Below, piece by piece: positions 1 to 12,902 of a stretch of 64,000 nucleotides of DNA; the stretch's first letter is position 1, and every line of letters starts with the position of its first letter. Source of the DNA: Veleropilina oligotropha (lineage: Eukaryota); the NCBI GenBank assembly GCA_048128005.1, contig JBEUKZ010000070.1, positions 186,001 to 250,000 on the forward strand, read 5' to 3'. Below the pieces are notes generated by a model. It was not told where the DNA came from, made no database searches, and worked only from the letters and a program-made list of their open reading frames with translations. A program made the position numbers and the translations under genes.

Positions 1-1410
1 GACACAATATAGATATCTCATCAGGTGAGAGGTGGACACACACAATATAGATATCTCATCAGGTGAGAGGTGGACAGACACAATATAGATATCTCATCAT
101 GTGAGGGGATGACAGGCACAATATAGATATCTCATCAGGTGGGAGGATGATAGACACAATATAGATATCTCATCAGGTGAGAGGATGACAGACACAATAT
201 TGACATTTCATCAAGTGAGAGGTGGACAGACACAATATAGACATCTCATCCGGTGAGAGGAGGACAGACACAATATAGATATCTTATCAGGTGGGACGAT
301 GATAGACACAATATAGATATCTCATCAGGTGAGAGGAGGACAGACACAATATAGACATCTCATCAGGTGAGAGGTGGACAGACACAATATAGATATCTCA
401 TCAGGTGAGACGAGGACAGACACAATATAGATATTTCATCAGGCGAAAGAATGAGAGAGATGATATAGATATCGCATCAGGTATGAGGATGAGAGACGAT
501 ATAGATTTTGATATATCATCAGGTGAGGGGAGGACAGACACAATATAGATATCTCATCAGGTGAGGGGATGACAGGCACAATATAGATATCTCATCAGGT
601 GAGGGGATGACAGGCACAATATAGATATCTCATCAGGTGAGGGGACGACAGACACAATATAGATATCTCATCAGGTGAGAGGTGGACAGAAACAATATAG
701 ATATCTCATCATGTGAGGGGATGACAGACACAATATAGATATCTCATCAGGTGAGAGGAGGACAGACTCAATATAGATATCTCATCATGTGAGGGGATGA
801 CAGGCACAATATAGATATCTCATCAGGTGAGAGGATGACAGACACAATATAGACATTTCATTAAGTGAGAGGTGGACAGACACAATATAGACATCTCATC
901 CGGTGAGAGGAGGACAGACACAATATAGATATCTTATCAGGTGGGACGATGACAGACACAATATAGATATCTTATCAGGCTAGAGGAGGACAGACGAAGA
1001 TATGTCATCAGGTGAGAGGAGGACAGACACAATATAGACATCTCATCAGGTGAGAGGTGGACAGACACAATATAGACATCTCATCAGGTGAGAGGATGAC
1101 AGACACAATATAGATATCTCATCAGGCGAGAGGATGACAGACACAATGTAGATATCTCGTCAGGTGAGAGGAGGACAGACACAATGTAGATATCTCGTCA
1201 GGTGAGAGGAGGACAGACACAATGTAGATATCTCGTCAGGTCAGCGGATGACAGACACAATATAGACATCTCATCAGGTCAGAGGAGGACAGACACAATA
1301 TAGATATCACATCAGGTGAGAGAAGAACAGATGCAAAATAGATATCTCGTCAGGTGAAAGGAGCACAGACACAATATCTCATCAGGTGAGAGGATAACTG
1401 ATACAATATA
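1..1410. repeat. Tandem repeat (minisatellite/satellite), 38-bp unit
   Basis: Unit GACACAATATAGATATCTCATCAGGTGAGAGGWGGACA; 'cacaatatag' recurs at 3, 41 and 79 (period 38). The array degenerates near 1400 and runs off the left edge. Confidence 0.95.
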
Positions 1411-2495
1411 TACACTTGGGACAAATGTTAAGCACATGGACATACATGATAAGCATGTTATACTATAGTTAACAAATATATCTAATGTTTTCAAGTGGCC
1501 TGTGACATTTTTCTGACATAAACCAAAGAAAAACGTGAATTGACCAGTATGAAACCAAATAACTTTTTGAGGTAGTGTCAATATGGTGTAAGCGCCATGA
1601 CAGTGTGATCTTGCAACTTGCCTATCCATGGACGTCACCAAACTCAGAATTCGCATCAGGGCGATATTGCTACATTTTATATTTCTTGGGGTTTATGTCA
1701 GAAGAACATGCCAGGCCACATGAAAATTTTAGAAATATTTCCTAATCACAGCATAACACATTTATATTATATATCTATGTAACACATCTATAAAATATTT
1801 GGGTGATGCTTAACTTTTGCCAAAATGGATGGATATATGTGAGAGGATGACCCACGATATAGATATCTGAGAGAAAGACTCACAATATCTCATCAAGAGA
1901 TGACTGACATTCATGTTCAGCAGTCAATGAACAGATGTGAATCATGATTCTTTATCTCATTTTATTGGCCCGCCTGCTAGGCAGGGCTATAGTCGTGGGC
2001 TGGCGTCCGTCAGTGTTGGCGTCCGCTGATCGCTTTCTGGCACATAGAAGACGAACCGCTGAACCTACGATTTTCATATTTGGTATACACCTTGTATACC
2101 ATCAGGCCTTGCCTAAGGTCAAAGTTGGGGTCACTGGGTCAAAGGTCAAGGTCATTTTCGTGTATTTCCGTTCTGGACTTGAAGATTGATTTCTATCACA
2201 TAGAAGACGAACCGCTGGACCTACGCTTTTCATATTTGGTATACACCTTGTGTACCATCAGGCCTTGCCCAAGTTCAAAGTTGGGGTCACTGGGTCAAAG
2301 GTCAAGGTCATTTTCGTGTATTTCCGTTCTGGACTTGGAAGATTGCTTTCTGTCACAGAAGAACCGCTGGACCTCTGCTTTTCATATTTGGTATACACCT
2401 GGTATACCATCAGGCCTTCCCTAAGTTCAAACATGGGGTCACTGGGTCGTTTTCATGTATTTCCAATCTGGACTTGAAGATTGCTTTCTGTCACA

Positions 2496-3955
2496 TAATA
2501 ATAATAATAAATTCTTTATTTTACGGGGCAGTACAGTTGGTTTTGGAACCAATCTTCCCTGAGTCCCTCAACTACAACTATATTAATTATGCAACTACAG
2601 GTCTAAAATTATAATATGCAACGTCAAAGAAATACAGATATAAAACAACAAATATTAGGAAAAACAGAAAACCCCCCCAAAAAACTTGTATCTAATTCTA
2701 AGTATGCCTATAGATTACAATAATAATACGGCAAGAACTACTAAATGAGTATTACAATTAAATATGTTTATATAATGAAACAATTGCTTACAATCACAAT
2801 GCATAATATCATGTAAAAGCAAATTTGCCACAATAAACTAAAAATAATATTTACAGTACATCTAACGACTACTGATTGTGTAAATAGATTATCATTTTAC
2901 TTTTGAATTCATATAATGTCCTTGTCTTTTTATATCTTGACCTTTTTGTAAAAAAGGACAAGACATTATCAAATGGTCCGTGTGTATATACTTATATACT
3001 TATATATATATATATCCGTCGATTTATTTGAAAACTACCCGCTCAATTTTCACCAAAATTGGTACACACATTCCCAAGAGTATTTGTAGGTCGTGTATAT
3101 AACTTTCGCGACACAATTCAAAAATATGCATTTATCCATATTTGTATATAACGGATGTCTAATATTGCAAGCAAATGGCAATGACGTCATTACGACGTCG
3201 CTTTAGATTAATCGTCATTTGGTGACGTCACAATCGACGGGGTAGTAAATTAAGCCATGAAGTACTTGCACTTAGCCATTGTATTAACTGTTATGAAAAT
3301 TTGAGGGAAATAAAGAAAGGTCAAGACATATTTCGAACGCGTCGTTCTTGTTTATGGTTAGTGGTAGCTGATTCCAAACATTTGCTCCACTATATGAAAA
3401 TGTGCGTTTCAGGAAATACGTTTTCGGTTTCGGAAGATATAATTTGTTTTCTGTAATAGACCTTAAAAATCTTTCAGAATGCTCTTCTACTAAATGAAAT
3501 TTATCTGAGATATATGCTGGTGTTAAGTTATTTCTTGCTTTGTACATTAACATCGCTTTATTTAGCTTTAATCTTTGAGAGAAAGGTAGCCATCGTAGGG
3601 TTTGAAATAATGTTGTACTTGACACCTCGTATCCAACGTTCAATATTATTCTTGCAGCGCGATTCTGCAATATTTCTATTTGAGTGATACTTGCTAAGCA
3701 GCCGTTTCCCCATACTGTACAGCAGTAGTCAATAACAGGAAGAATGTATGTTGTAGAATAATTTTCTTAAATTCAGGGGTAAGAATTTCTTTGTTCTTCT
3801 CAAGAGAGTAATTCTAGATGACATTAATGCACATGTATGGTCAATATGAGATTTCCAATTAAGATTTTGGTCAATATGAATTCCTAGTAGCTTTTCTGAG
3901 GATGTTGTTTTAACATTTTAAAGTTTAATGGAATAGTCAGTATCTATTTTACTCA
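2496..3955 (-). mobile_element. 5'-truncated CR1/L2-group LINE (C-terminal RT/ORF2 remnant)
   Basis: ORF 3284-3670 reads QNRAARIILN..LRWLPF..MYK..P.Y..LYLPKPKT..KRTFSYSGANVWNQLP, typical of the CR1/L2 ORF2 C-terminus. A (TTA)n tail on the minus strand lies at 2496-2511. Confidence 0.8.
2929..3352 (+). mobile_element. Short HINE-like element nested in the LINE
   Basis: subTIRs TCTTGACCTTT / AAAGGTCAAGA, 3' hairpin GAACG-CGT-CGTTC then TTGTT, inserted in a T run. It explains the non-LINE tail of ORF 3284-3670. Confidence 0.6.
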
Positions 3956-5944
3956 ATTTTTGGACCTACGCTTTTCATATTTGGTATACACCTTGTATAC
4001 CATCAGGCCTTGCCTAAGTTCAAAGGTCAAGGTCATTTTCGTGTATTTCCGTTCTGGATTTGGAAGATTGCTTTCTGTCACATAGAAAAAGAACCGCTGG
4101 ACCTCTGCTTTTCATATTTGGTATACACCTTGTATACCATCAGGTCTTCCCTATGTTCTAACATGGGGTCACTGGATCAAAGGTCAAGGTCGTTTTCGTG
4201 TATTTCCAATCTGGACTTGGAAGATTGCTTTCTGTCAAATAGAAGATGAACCACTGGACCTACGCTTTTCATATTTGGTATACACCTTGGTATACCATCA
4301 GGCCTTGCCTAAGTTCAAAGTTGGGGTCACTGGGTCAAAGGTCAAGGTCCTTTTCATGTATTTCCATTCTTGACTGGGAAGATTGCTTTCTGTCACGTAG
4401 AAGACAAACCGCTAGACCTACACCTGTCATATTTGGCATACACCTTGTGAGCCTTATAGACCTTGCCTATGTTCAAAGTTGGGGTCAATGGGTCAAAGCT
4501 CAAGGTCATTTTCGTGTATTTCCGTTCTTGACTCTGAAGATTGCTTTCTGTCACATAGAAGACAAACCGCTAGACCTACACCTTTGATATTTGGTATACA
4601 CCTTGTGCGCCATCTGGCCTTGCCTAAGTTCAAAGTTGGGGTCACTAGGTCAAGGTCATTTCCATGTATTTCCATTCTGGACTTGCAGGATTCTTTTCAG
4701 TCACATAGAAGACTAGCCGCTAGACCTACATCTTTCATATTTGATATGCACCTTGTGTGCCATCAGGCCTTGTTCAAGTTCAAAGATGGGGTCACTGGGT
4801 CAATGGTCAAGGTCATGTGAACTATTTTGTAAATTATACTTTTTGACAGTTACTATGAAATTTGTTATAGAGTTATTGATTATTTAATCTCTATGGATGT
4901 ATTATATACAAAAGGCGGGCCAGTATGAGGAGCATACCTCTAGTTAAAATATATCGTTTAACTCTTTATGTTGTATTAATAGCAAATATACTTACGTCCT
5001 TACTAATGCCATAATATGCCTATTATCGCTAAACCAGAAACTGGAAAATTGGCAAGTTTTGAACTTTATGAATAAAATTACCTCCCTTTCCTTCCCTCCT
5101 CATAGTTGCCGCCACGAGAGCAAATCTCCCGGAGAATACTCCAATAGAATGCGAACCTTAAGATCATTCAAGTCTTTCCGCTCACCAGTCAACACCTATA
5201 AATTTGTGTAGTGCTGTCTTGCGACAATTCTTGTGATCTACCTGTTGGATTTACCTACAAGGATCGATCTGAGATTGTACTTCAGTACTCTGTGGATTTA
5301 CTAGAAGCGATCGTCTTCCAGTTTTCGGAAAAGAGTGATTGTGAAAGAAAAAGATATATAATCTTGCTGAGACTTTTCCCGCCGTTGCCGCCATCTTGGA
5401 TATTGCCAAGCAACAATATCAACAGCAGAGGCCGCCTAGAGGGAATCAGAAATAATTCAGCTTAGCTTTATTTCTAAAGTTTTTCTTGTATACTGTGATT
5501 ACTTTGTAATTATTTAACTGTATACTATTGGATAACTCCCTAGAGATGTTATCTTGCTGAAGTTTGGTCACAAATTTATACGTCTTTAGTAGGCAGATTT
5601 TCGGTCTATTATTAAATATTTGGTTTAATCTGCCAATCCTGGGATAACTCGCTCGCCCTCCTCTAATTGAATTTCACCCTCGGTGTCGGGCGTGCTTTGA
5701 TTGACCTAACAAAGTTCCCCCGTTGTTTTCATTTCCCGACCTTGCCTAAACGCTTGCTAATAGCCGTTTAGATAAAGTTGGTGTCACGTGTTTCTCAGTC
5801 GGATCGGTAGTATCTATATCTAGTCTTACTCAGCTTCCGAGTAAGGTACACACCTGTGTAGTAGTCTATTCACGCTTGGCAAACTACCCTGATATATTTT
5901 GTTCCCCATTCCATACCCACTTACCGTCTTCCGTGTAATTAGCT

Positions 5945-8009
5945 ATGGGCAGGTGTACCTATCCCGAGTGCAACCAGAAATTACACAGTTTTGATAAGCA
6001 TCCTGAATGCAGGATTCACCGTTCGTGCAGTAGGAAAGATCCATGTGGTCTGTGTGCAGTACTGACGGATCAGCAGTGAGCGCTCCTCGATCCGGAATCG
6101 GAAAAACTGACCAGGGCAGTTGAGATTTCCGGGTATACCCGTGAAGGGACAGGTAAGTGTACTAATTCTACCAACTCTTCTCCTTCAGGGACGCTGGACG
6201 TTGACCGAACGAGGGCCTTGGCCGACGCCGGATTTTCCGGATCCACCGCGACCCCGGGGGCATGCGTTGCAGTGAAACCGGTGCGCGAGACTAGGGTAAA
6301 AGGAGCCCGAGCGCAGTCCCATCCTCCTTTTCTGGGCCAAGTAGCCGTAGTCCAACAGGCAGACTGGACGATGCGGCGAACCGCTAAACAGGGCAGGCAG
6401 GGGACCGCTAGTCCTTCTGTCGAACACTCGTCGCCGAAAAGCGGCAAGCAGACGGCCGAGAAAGATGATACAGCTGCCGCGCATGTAGGTGCCGGACCCT
6501 CACCGAAACCTGCTCCGATGTCCGGCGATGTCGTGTCCCATTGGGGTCCGTCTGACAACGCCAGGGCTCACGTCGGTAGCGGAGGACCCACCGACGGTCG
6601 TGCTGGCAATGGTCACTCAACCGATGGTGTGGACGCTCAGGTTGCGCTCGATTGACAGTTCTACGGGTATATACCCGACCTGGTTTCGGGCATAGTGGTG
6701 AACCCGTACAGTCCGTGGCCGCGGCAGTACGGGGTGCTAGCCGGCTTCAATGCGCCTTTGGGCCCATTGTTCCATGGCAGCTGCTACGTGGAGGCATCAA
6801 GACCCTGGTATTCGAATGCCCCCGTACATGCAACCCGACAACGATGCGCCACGGTGACCTCGTCTGAACTACCGGCTGTTAGTTCACCGCCCGTCATGCC
6901 TCCTGGATTCTCGATGGAGACCATACAGGCCATGATTGCGGCGGATTGCGAGGCCCAGCGTAGAGCCTGGAGCCCGGCCCCCCAGCCGCACCAGGTCCCT
7001 ACCACTCTGCCCGTGGCGCAGAGCCGTGTTCCAGCAACAGAGATGGAGATCGACCCTCGTTCCGACGAGGGATCCGACTCCGATCTCACCGATCCTCCTG
7101 AGTCGGTCGGCCCCGATGACTCCTCGAGTCATGCAGGCACGCTGGAACCCATCTCCACCACCCAACGAACGCGAGACAGAAGCGCCCTTGCTTCCCGTAC
7201 TCCCCCAATCTGGATTGGTGGACCTTGTCGTTGACAAGGCGACCCGGTCCATTCAGGGTAGTAAAGCGGTGGAGACCCCTTCTCTTACGGAGTATCCATC
7301 GGGATACCGCAAGGGTAGGTACCTCCGGGCTGCTAAGTGGTCGATGCCGATCGCTTGTAGCAGTCCGTGCCTGGCGACTGAGCCGGCCCGAGTCGACGCA
7401 GAGATGTGTCGCCTGACCGCCAGTCAGACTTCCTTGTCGGCAAAGGTTCCATGGGCCGCCATGGAAGCCTTCGAGAGCTCCGCCCGACCGGCTCTACGGC
7501 AGTCGTCCATCCAGGACTCATTCCTGAATGGGGCGATTGCCGTCCTACAGCAGAATGATCCCGGTGCCCGAGAGACCGCTCTATCATACCTGCACGAGGT
7601 TGCTGCCTCCATGGAGACCAGTGCTTCGGAGTTCGCCCGTGTCCTGGGCAATGCGTTGCTTCTTCGGAGAGACGCTTGTCTTGAAGGGACCTCGCTGGAT
7701 GAGCCCACCCGGCATTCATTGCGATGCGTTCAGCTTTCGGCCTCGACCCTATTTGGCGACAAGTTCGGTGAATTTGTTGAAAAGAGGGCGGCCGAATTAA
7801 AGGACCGGGCCATCGAGAAGGCCGTCTTGGCACCCGCCCTGGCGCCCGCAGTCGACTCGAGAAAGCGTGCGGACCCCGCCGGTGGCGGAAAACCTTCAAA
7901 GTGTGCGAGATCTTCGAAGGGCAAGCCTCCGGCTCATAAGCCCCACCCGAAGACAGCACCTCCGACGAAGTCCCATCAGAGCGGGAAAGGGAAGCAGCCT
8001 CGGCCCTAG
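5945..8009 (+). pseudogene. DIRS gag-like ORF1 (disrupted)
   Basis: ATG 5945 gives MGRCTYPECNQKLHSFDKHPECRIHRSCSRKDPCGLC, a Cys/His-rich N-terminus typical of DIRS ORF1, then a stop. It continues in ORFs 6218-6655, 6695-7234 and 6936-8009 (..LLLRRDA..L..LFG..). Confidence 0.7.
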
Positions 8010-8019
8010 GGTTGCCGAC

Positions 8020-9720
8020 ATGCGCGACGGGTCCAGCTCGGCGCTCCCGCCGGTAGGAGCGCGTCTGTTAGCCTTCAGCCAGACGTGGCTGGAGGTGACA
8101 GACTGCAGCTGGGTCCGCTCAGTCGTGAGTGCCGGATACAATCTGGCATTTATCCGGCATCCAACCCTAACCGAAGCACCACCCGGACGTACTCGCTTAC
8201 TCAACAGAGAGAAGCAAGCGGTCCTAGACCAGGCAGTGCGGGATTGACTCCTCAAGGGAGCCATTTATCCCGCGCCGCCCAGCACACCAGGATATTACAG
8301 CCACTTCTTCCTGGTCCCGAAGGCAGATGGTCGCTGGAGACCGATCCTCGATCTCTCGTTCCTCAATCAGTATCTTCGCCCCGAGAAGTTCCAGCAAGAA
8401 ACGCTGGCGAAGATACGTGCGGCTATCCGCCCGGGCGACTAGGCAGCATCTATCGATCTTGCCGATGCATGTCTGCATGTCCCGATGCATACATCGACAC
8501 ACCAGTACCTTCGGTTCATTCATGGGGGGACGATCTACCAATTCAAGTGTCTACCGTTCGGTCTATCATCAGCCCCCTACGTCTTCACGCGAGTCGTACT
8601 GGCCTCGGGGCGTTCATACACTCGCATGTGCACAGAGTTCACATGTACCTCGACGACTGGTTGATTCTCAGGACTTCCCGAGAACTATGCTGCCAGTCGA
8701 CGGAGTTTATCCTGTCATCGGCGAAGCGTCTGGGATTCCAGATCAACGAGACAAAATCCTGCTTCGAGCCCTCGACGACTTTTATGTTCATCGGAGTCAA
8801 CTTCGATACGGTCCTGTTCACATCGACGCAGAAACGTACTGGGAACCTTCGAGACGTGATTCAGGATACAGCATCCCGAGAAGTAACCACGGCATGACAA
8901 CTGGCCACTGTCCTAGGGCACATAGAGTCGGTAGCGCCTTTACTACCGATAGGTCGCATGGACAAGCGACCCATACAACGGGCCTTCAAGGAACTATGGG
9001 TTCAACGTATGGGACAGTGGACGGATCGCATCGATCTACGGCATTGGTTCGACTCCACGACAACAGTGAGGCTGGACCCCGCTTTGCCGAGCCAGACGGT
9101 TCCTATATCCCCACCAGAGCCAAATGCCTACCTGTTTACGAGACGTCAGGCCTGTGGCCGGAGGAACTACTGGGACGACACATCAACTTCTTGGATTTAG
9201 AGGCAGTCTTCTTATCAGTTCTGTCATTCTCGGACCATCTCCGCGGCAAGCACATCATGCTCGCCACGGACAACACGACTGTCATTGCTTACGTTCAACA
9301 CCAGGGCGGAACGCGCTCGCGTCTGCTATGCGACCGGGCTATCGACCTACACTGCCTAGTGATGTCACTCGACGATACGAGCAAGACACATCCCGGGAAA
9401 ATTGAATGTCAGAGCAGACTCGCTCTCTCGGAGATCACAGATTATACACACAGAGTGGACGCTACACAGCCGAGTAGCAAGGGACGTTTGTCGCAGGTTG
9501 TCACAACCCTAGTCGATCTGTTTGCAACAAAGTTCAATCACTGACTCCCTCTGTATGTCTCCCCCTACCCGGACCCGGCAGCCCTGTCGGTCGACGCGCT
9601 GTCTATGCCATGGGAGAATCTGACCGCATATGCCTATCCCCCATCGTGTATCCTACACCTTGTGTTACGGAAAGCATCGCTGGAACGTTGCGAAATAATG
9701 CTGATAGCAACCCTGGTTTC
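8020..9720 (+). pseudogene. DIRS pol: reverse transcriptase, RNase H and methyltransferase-like domain (frameshifted, with stops)
   Basis: Motifs across frames: PPVGARL, FLVPKADGRWRPILDL, LPFGLSSAP, catalytic YLDD (~8645), HINFLDLEAV, TDNTT..Y..QGGTRS, HIPGKLNVRADSLSR, DLFAT..DAL..W...YAYPP. Confidence 0.9.
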
Positions 9721-9764
9721 CGACTCGACTTGATCTGATCATCGATACTCCGCTAGCGCTCCCG

Positions 9765-10523
9765 GTGCGGCCACCAGCATGGAATATCGTCCTAGTCCTG
9801 AATGCTCTGCTACTACCGCTCTTCGAACCCTTGCGTGTTGCTTCCCTCAAAGATATCACGCAAAAAACGGTGTTCCTCATCGCCTTAGCGTCGGGCCGGC
9901 AGTCCTCTGAGATTCACAGCTTCTCGGCAGAGCTTCAGGACATCAGATTCCAGCCAGACGGGTCGGTCACCTTACAGTCCGTTTTAGGATTCATCGCGAA
10001 AACTCAACGGCCCGGAGATGTGCCTCGAGATGTTATTATCCCGCGTTTGTCCATCGTTGATCGCTTGAACTGCCCCGTCCGTGCCCTCCGATACTATCTC
10101 GACTGTACGCATGACATGCGATTAGGCAAGAAATGACTGTTTATTTCCTACTTGCCATCCTTTAAATGAGACGTGACAAAGTCTACTGTTTCTCGTTGGA
10201 TCGCCCAAACGGTTAAGGAAGTTTACCTACACTCTAAAGAATTAGATCGGAAAGTAGTCAAGATTACGGCGCATGAGGTCAGATCGATATCCACATCTCT
10301 CGCATTCCGCCATACTCGAAATATTACAGCTTTATTAGAGGCGGGATACTGGAAGAGTGCCAACGTGTTCGTCAAGCACTACTTACGAGACTTTAGCACG
10401 GGCGCTGATGGCTTGAATACACTTCAGTGCGTTGTCGCACAGAATTGTATTGTCCACCCAAGGTCGTCTCATCAGTGGCGACGATTTCTATTTTCACTGA
10501 GGCAATGTACATGTCCTTCTTAA
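9765..10523 (+). pseudogene. DIRS tyrosine recombinase (N-terminally deleted, internal stops)
   Basis: P.WN..LVL..L...FEPL, KTVFLIALASGR..SEIH, CPVRALRYY, HEVRS (HxxR), GYWKS..F.KHYLRD (catalytic Tyr). Confidence 0.9.
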
Positions 10524-12689
10524 TTGAGTTACAATACGAACTCCTTAAGTGGTTATCCGGTGTTCTTTCTTAATAAATTAAGAAATCGAATTATAGTCAT
10601 GCCTGAGTTACTTGACTGTGCCAGTCTACATCGGATATTACATTTATATTGCAAAAATCCTAAAACATTTGTTTACTTTTGTGTATTAAATATGTTGTTA
10701 CTTGCTGTTACGAACATACGGTGTCACATAAGGGACATTAGAAAAATTTTAATATTCAGAATTGTAAATATTTCTTTAAGTAACATTGTTTCATGTTAGC
10801 ATTTCGGTTGGTCATGCGAATTGGTGTATTAATCGATTATTATATGTATTCTATATATTAATTATATTGGTTGATACCTGCTGAGTTTGATTTTAATTGT
10901 CTGGCAAATTATTTCAGAATGATTATCGAACAAGACTGTGTCCTGGTCGCCGGCCATATGGGTCCGGGATATATTTTCAGTAAGGCCACGCCTGCCCTAG
11001 GTCTGTGAGTCCGGTGTGTAACATGCATCCAGACCGGGGACTAATTGTACTTCTGCCATCCTGATCCACTAACCCCTCACGAGCGAGCCAATCCCAGGAT
11101 TACTGGTATAAATTTCACACTCGTGGTAAGAGTAGAATAAATACTCAGGAAATTCTTCTCTGGGCGGATCAATCGAATCAACTCTATGGTTGATTCCGGA
11201 TGACTGAGTACATAATCTTGATTATGGGTTATTTGTTGATGTTTACACTAGAACTTAGCCCACCTATCCAAGGTTATTCTGGCATTAGTAAGGACGTAAG
11301 TATATTTGCTATTAATAAGATGTTTTTAAGTAAACCTCGTATTAATGAAAATATACTTACGTCCTTGCACGTTTTTCCCTCCCATGCGCTGCACACGCAT
11401 TTCCTCCCCTCTTCTCTAAGTTCCTATATAGCTGTGGCTTCGCTCCAACACTTGAAGGAGACAATCTCTGGGACTTGACGCCAAGACTTGCAGCTTGGTG
11501 ATCTGGCATCATAACGACTGTCATTGTTCATTATGTTCTGTTGCGAGGTCCGTGTTATCTATCTGTATCACTTACGTCCTTACACGTTTTTCCCTCCCAT
11601 GCGCTGCACACGCATTTCATCCCCTCTTCTCTAAGTTCCTGTATAGCTGTGGCTTCGCTCCAACACTTGAATGATCTTACTGTCTTAAGGTTCGCATTGT
11701 ATTGGAGTATTCTCCGGGAGATTTGCTCTCCTGGCGGGAACTATGACGAGGGAAGGAAAGGGAGGTAATGTTATTCAAAAAGTGAAAAACTTGCCAATTT
11801 TCCACAGTTTCCGGTTTAGCGATAATAGGCATATTATGGCTTTAGTAAGGACATAAGTATATTTTTATTAATACTAGGTGTACTTAAAAACCTCTTTTTA
11901 ATCCTGTTTCATTATAAAGTTAAATGAAAAAGTTGTTATCATCCTAATGATGAGATTGTAATTGATGCTCTAGTATATTTGGTTTCACTATTCGATGACC
12001 AGGAGATCTTGTATTGTGGCACATCTTGTTATTGTTACATGTGGCACATGGACATATGACCACAAAAGTTGTCGACATCTGAAATTGTCCCTAAACAAAA
12101 TTCAGAGTTTTAATTGCAATCAGGACTAGCAAATTTGAATGACTGTACGATTTGTCTGCAACTTAAATGAGACAATCTCTGGGACTTGACGCCAAGACTT
12201 GCAGCTTGGTGATCTGGCATCATAACGACTGTCCTTGTTCATTATGTTCTGTTGCGACGTCCGTGTTATCTATCTGTATCACTCTCCTGCAAATAACTTT
12301 TTAAATTTTTTATTTCAGATTTATGGGATGAATCACAAAAGACACAGAAAAAAAATAAAAAAAAATCAGATCCGCTGAATCCTGACCGGCGGCGGAAGCC
12401 GGTCACGGTGTCTGGTATCCTTGTTCTGGTCATGGGTTACAATGCATCATTAACAGATACGTGTACTTAACACATTGTTTGCATGATGTTGGCTCGTTGT
12501 AAACATTTTCACAATAGCTAGTGTCTATTTCAGCTGATTAGTCAGTTACACTCTGAACTCCTACAGTTACATGTCTAGTGACCGAACATTATGAAATAAA
12601 TTATGCATTGTGTCTATAATGGATAGTAAAAAGTAAACATTTTTACTTACTTTGAAACATTGTTTCTGAAACGATTACGGCGTCTCAGT

Positions 12690-12850
12690 CCGTCTACTCT
12701 GAACCTTGATTACATAATGACGGTCTGTGACACAGCTCGTTAGGTGACAAGAGAATCGATGTGTAGATGGCCGGGAGGTGGTAGCCCAGGTCCGGGTTCA
12801 TGGTGGGTTTATGTTGTCTGCTGTAAATGGCTTCTTTGACTTTGGCTGAG
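12690..12850 (-). mobile_element. Penelope-like element 3' fragment (end of GIY-YIG domain)
   Basis: KVKEAIYSRQHKPTMNPDLGYHLPAIYTSIL matches the KEAI.I...P.LN.D.G..L...Y pattern at PLE C-termini. Confidence 0.6.
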
Positions 12851-12902
12851 CCAGTATTGTTCTCGTGCGAGTATTTTCGCCTTGTTTCATTGAGACTGAC
12901 AT

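Larger units (their letters stand above)
1961..4945 (+). mobile_element. Non-autonomous Helentron-type element (HINE/DINE-1-like) with ~156-bp internal tandem repeats, interrupted by a LINE fragment
   Basis: Subterminal inverted repeats TGGCCCGCC (1966) / GGCGGGCCA (4914), GTCC-like microsatellite after the 5' end, 156-bp units containing AAGGTCAAGGTCA (2047 to 2203), 3' hairpin GTATG-AGGAG-CATAC, then CTAGTT. Confidence 0.75.
4972..11896 (+). mobile_element. DIRS1-type tyrosine-recombinase retrotransposon, structurally complete but decayed
   Basis: Inverted terminal repeats ~4974-5172 and ~11666-11896, internal complementary region 11281-11366 matching both outer ends, and gag, RT/RNase H/MT and YR remnants in order. 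Confidence 0.92.

Noticed and set aside
1..1410. Regular 38-bp repeats as a possible CRISPR array
   Set aside because: Units are contiguous with no unique spacers, the context is eukaryotic, and no cas genes are present.
1944..4820. Short ORFs with KVKV/QRSRS motifs (also at 17950-22453 and 35199-36110)
   Set aside because: Translations of the AAGGTCAAGGTCA repeat units of non-coding HINE arrays.
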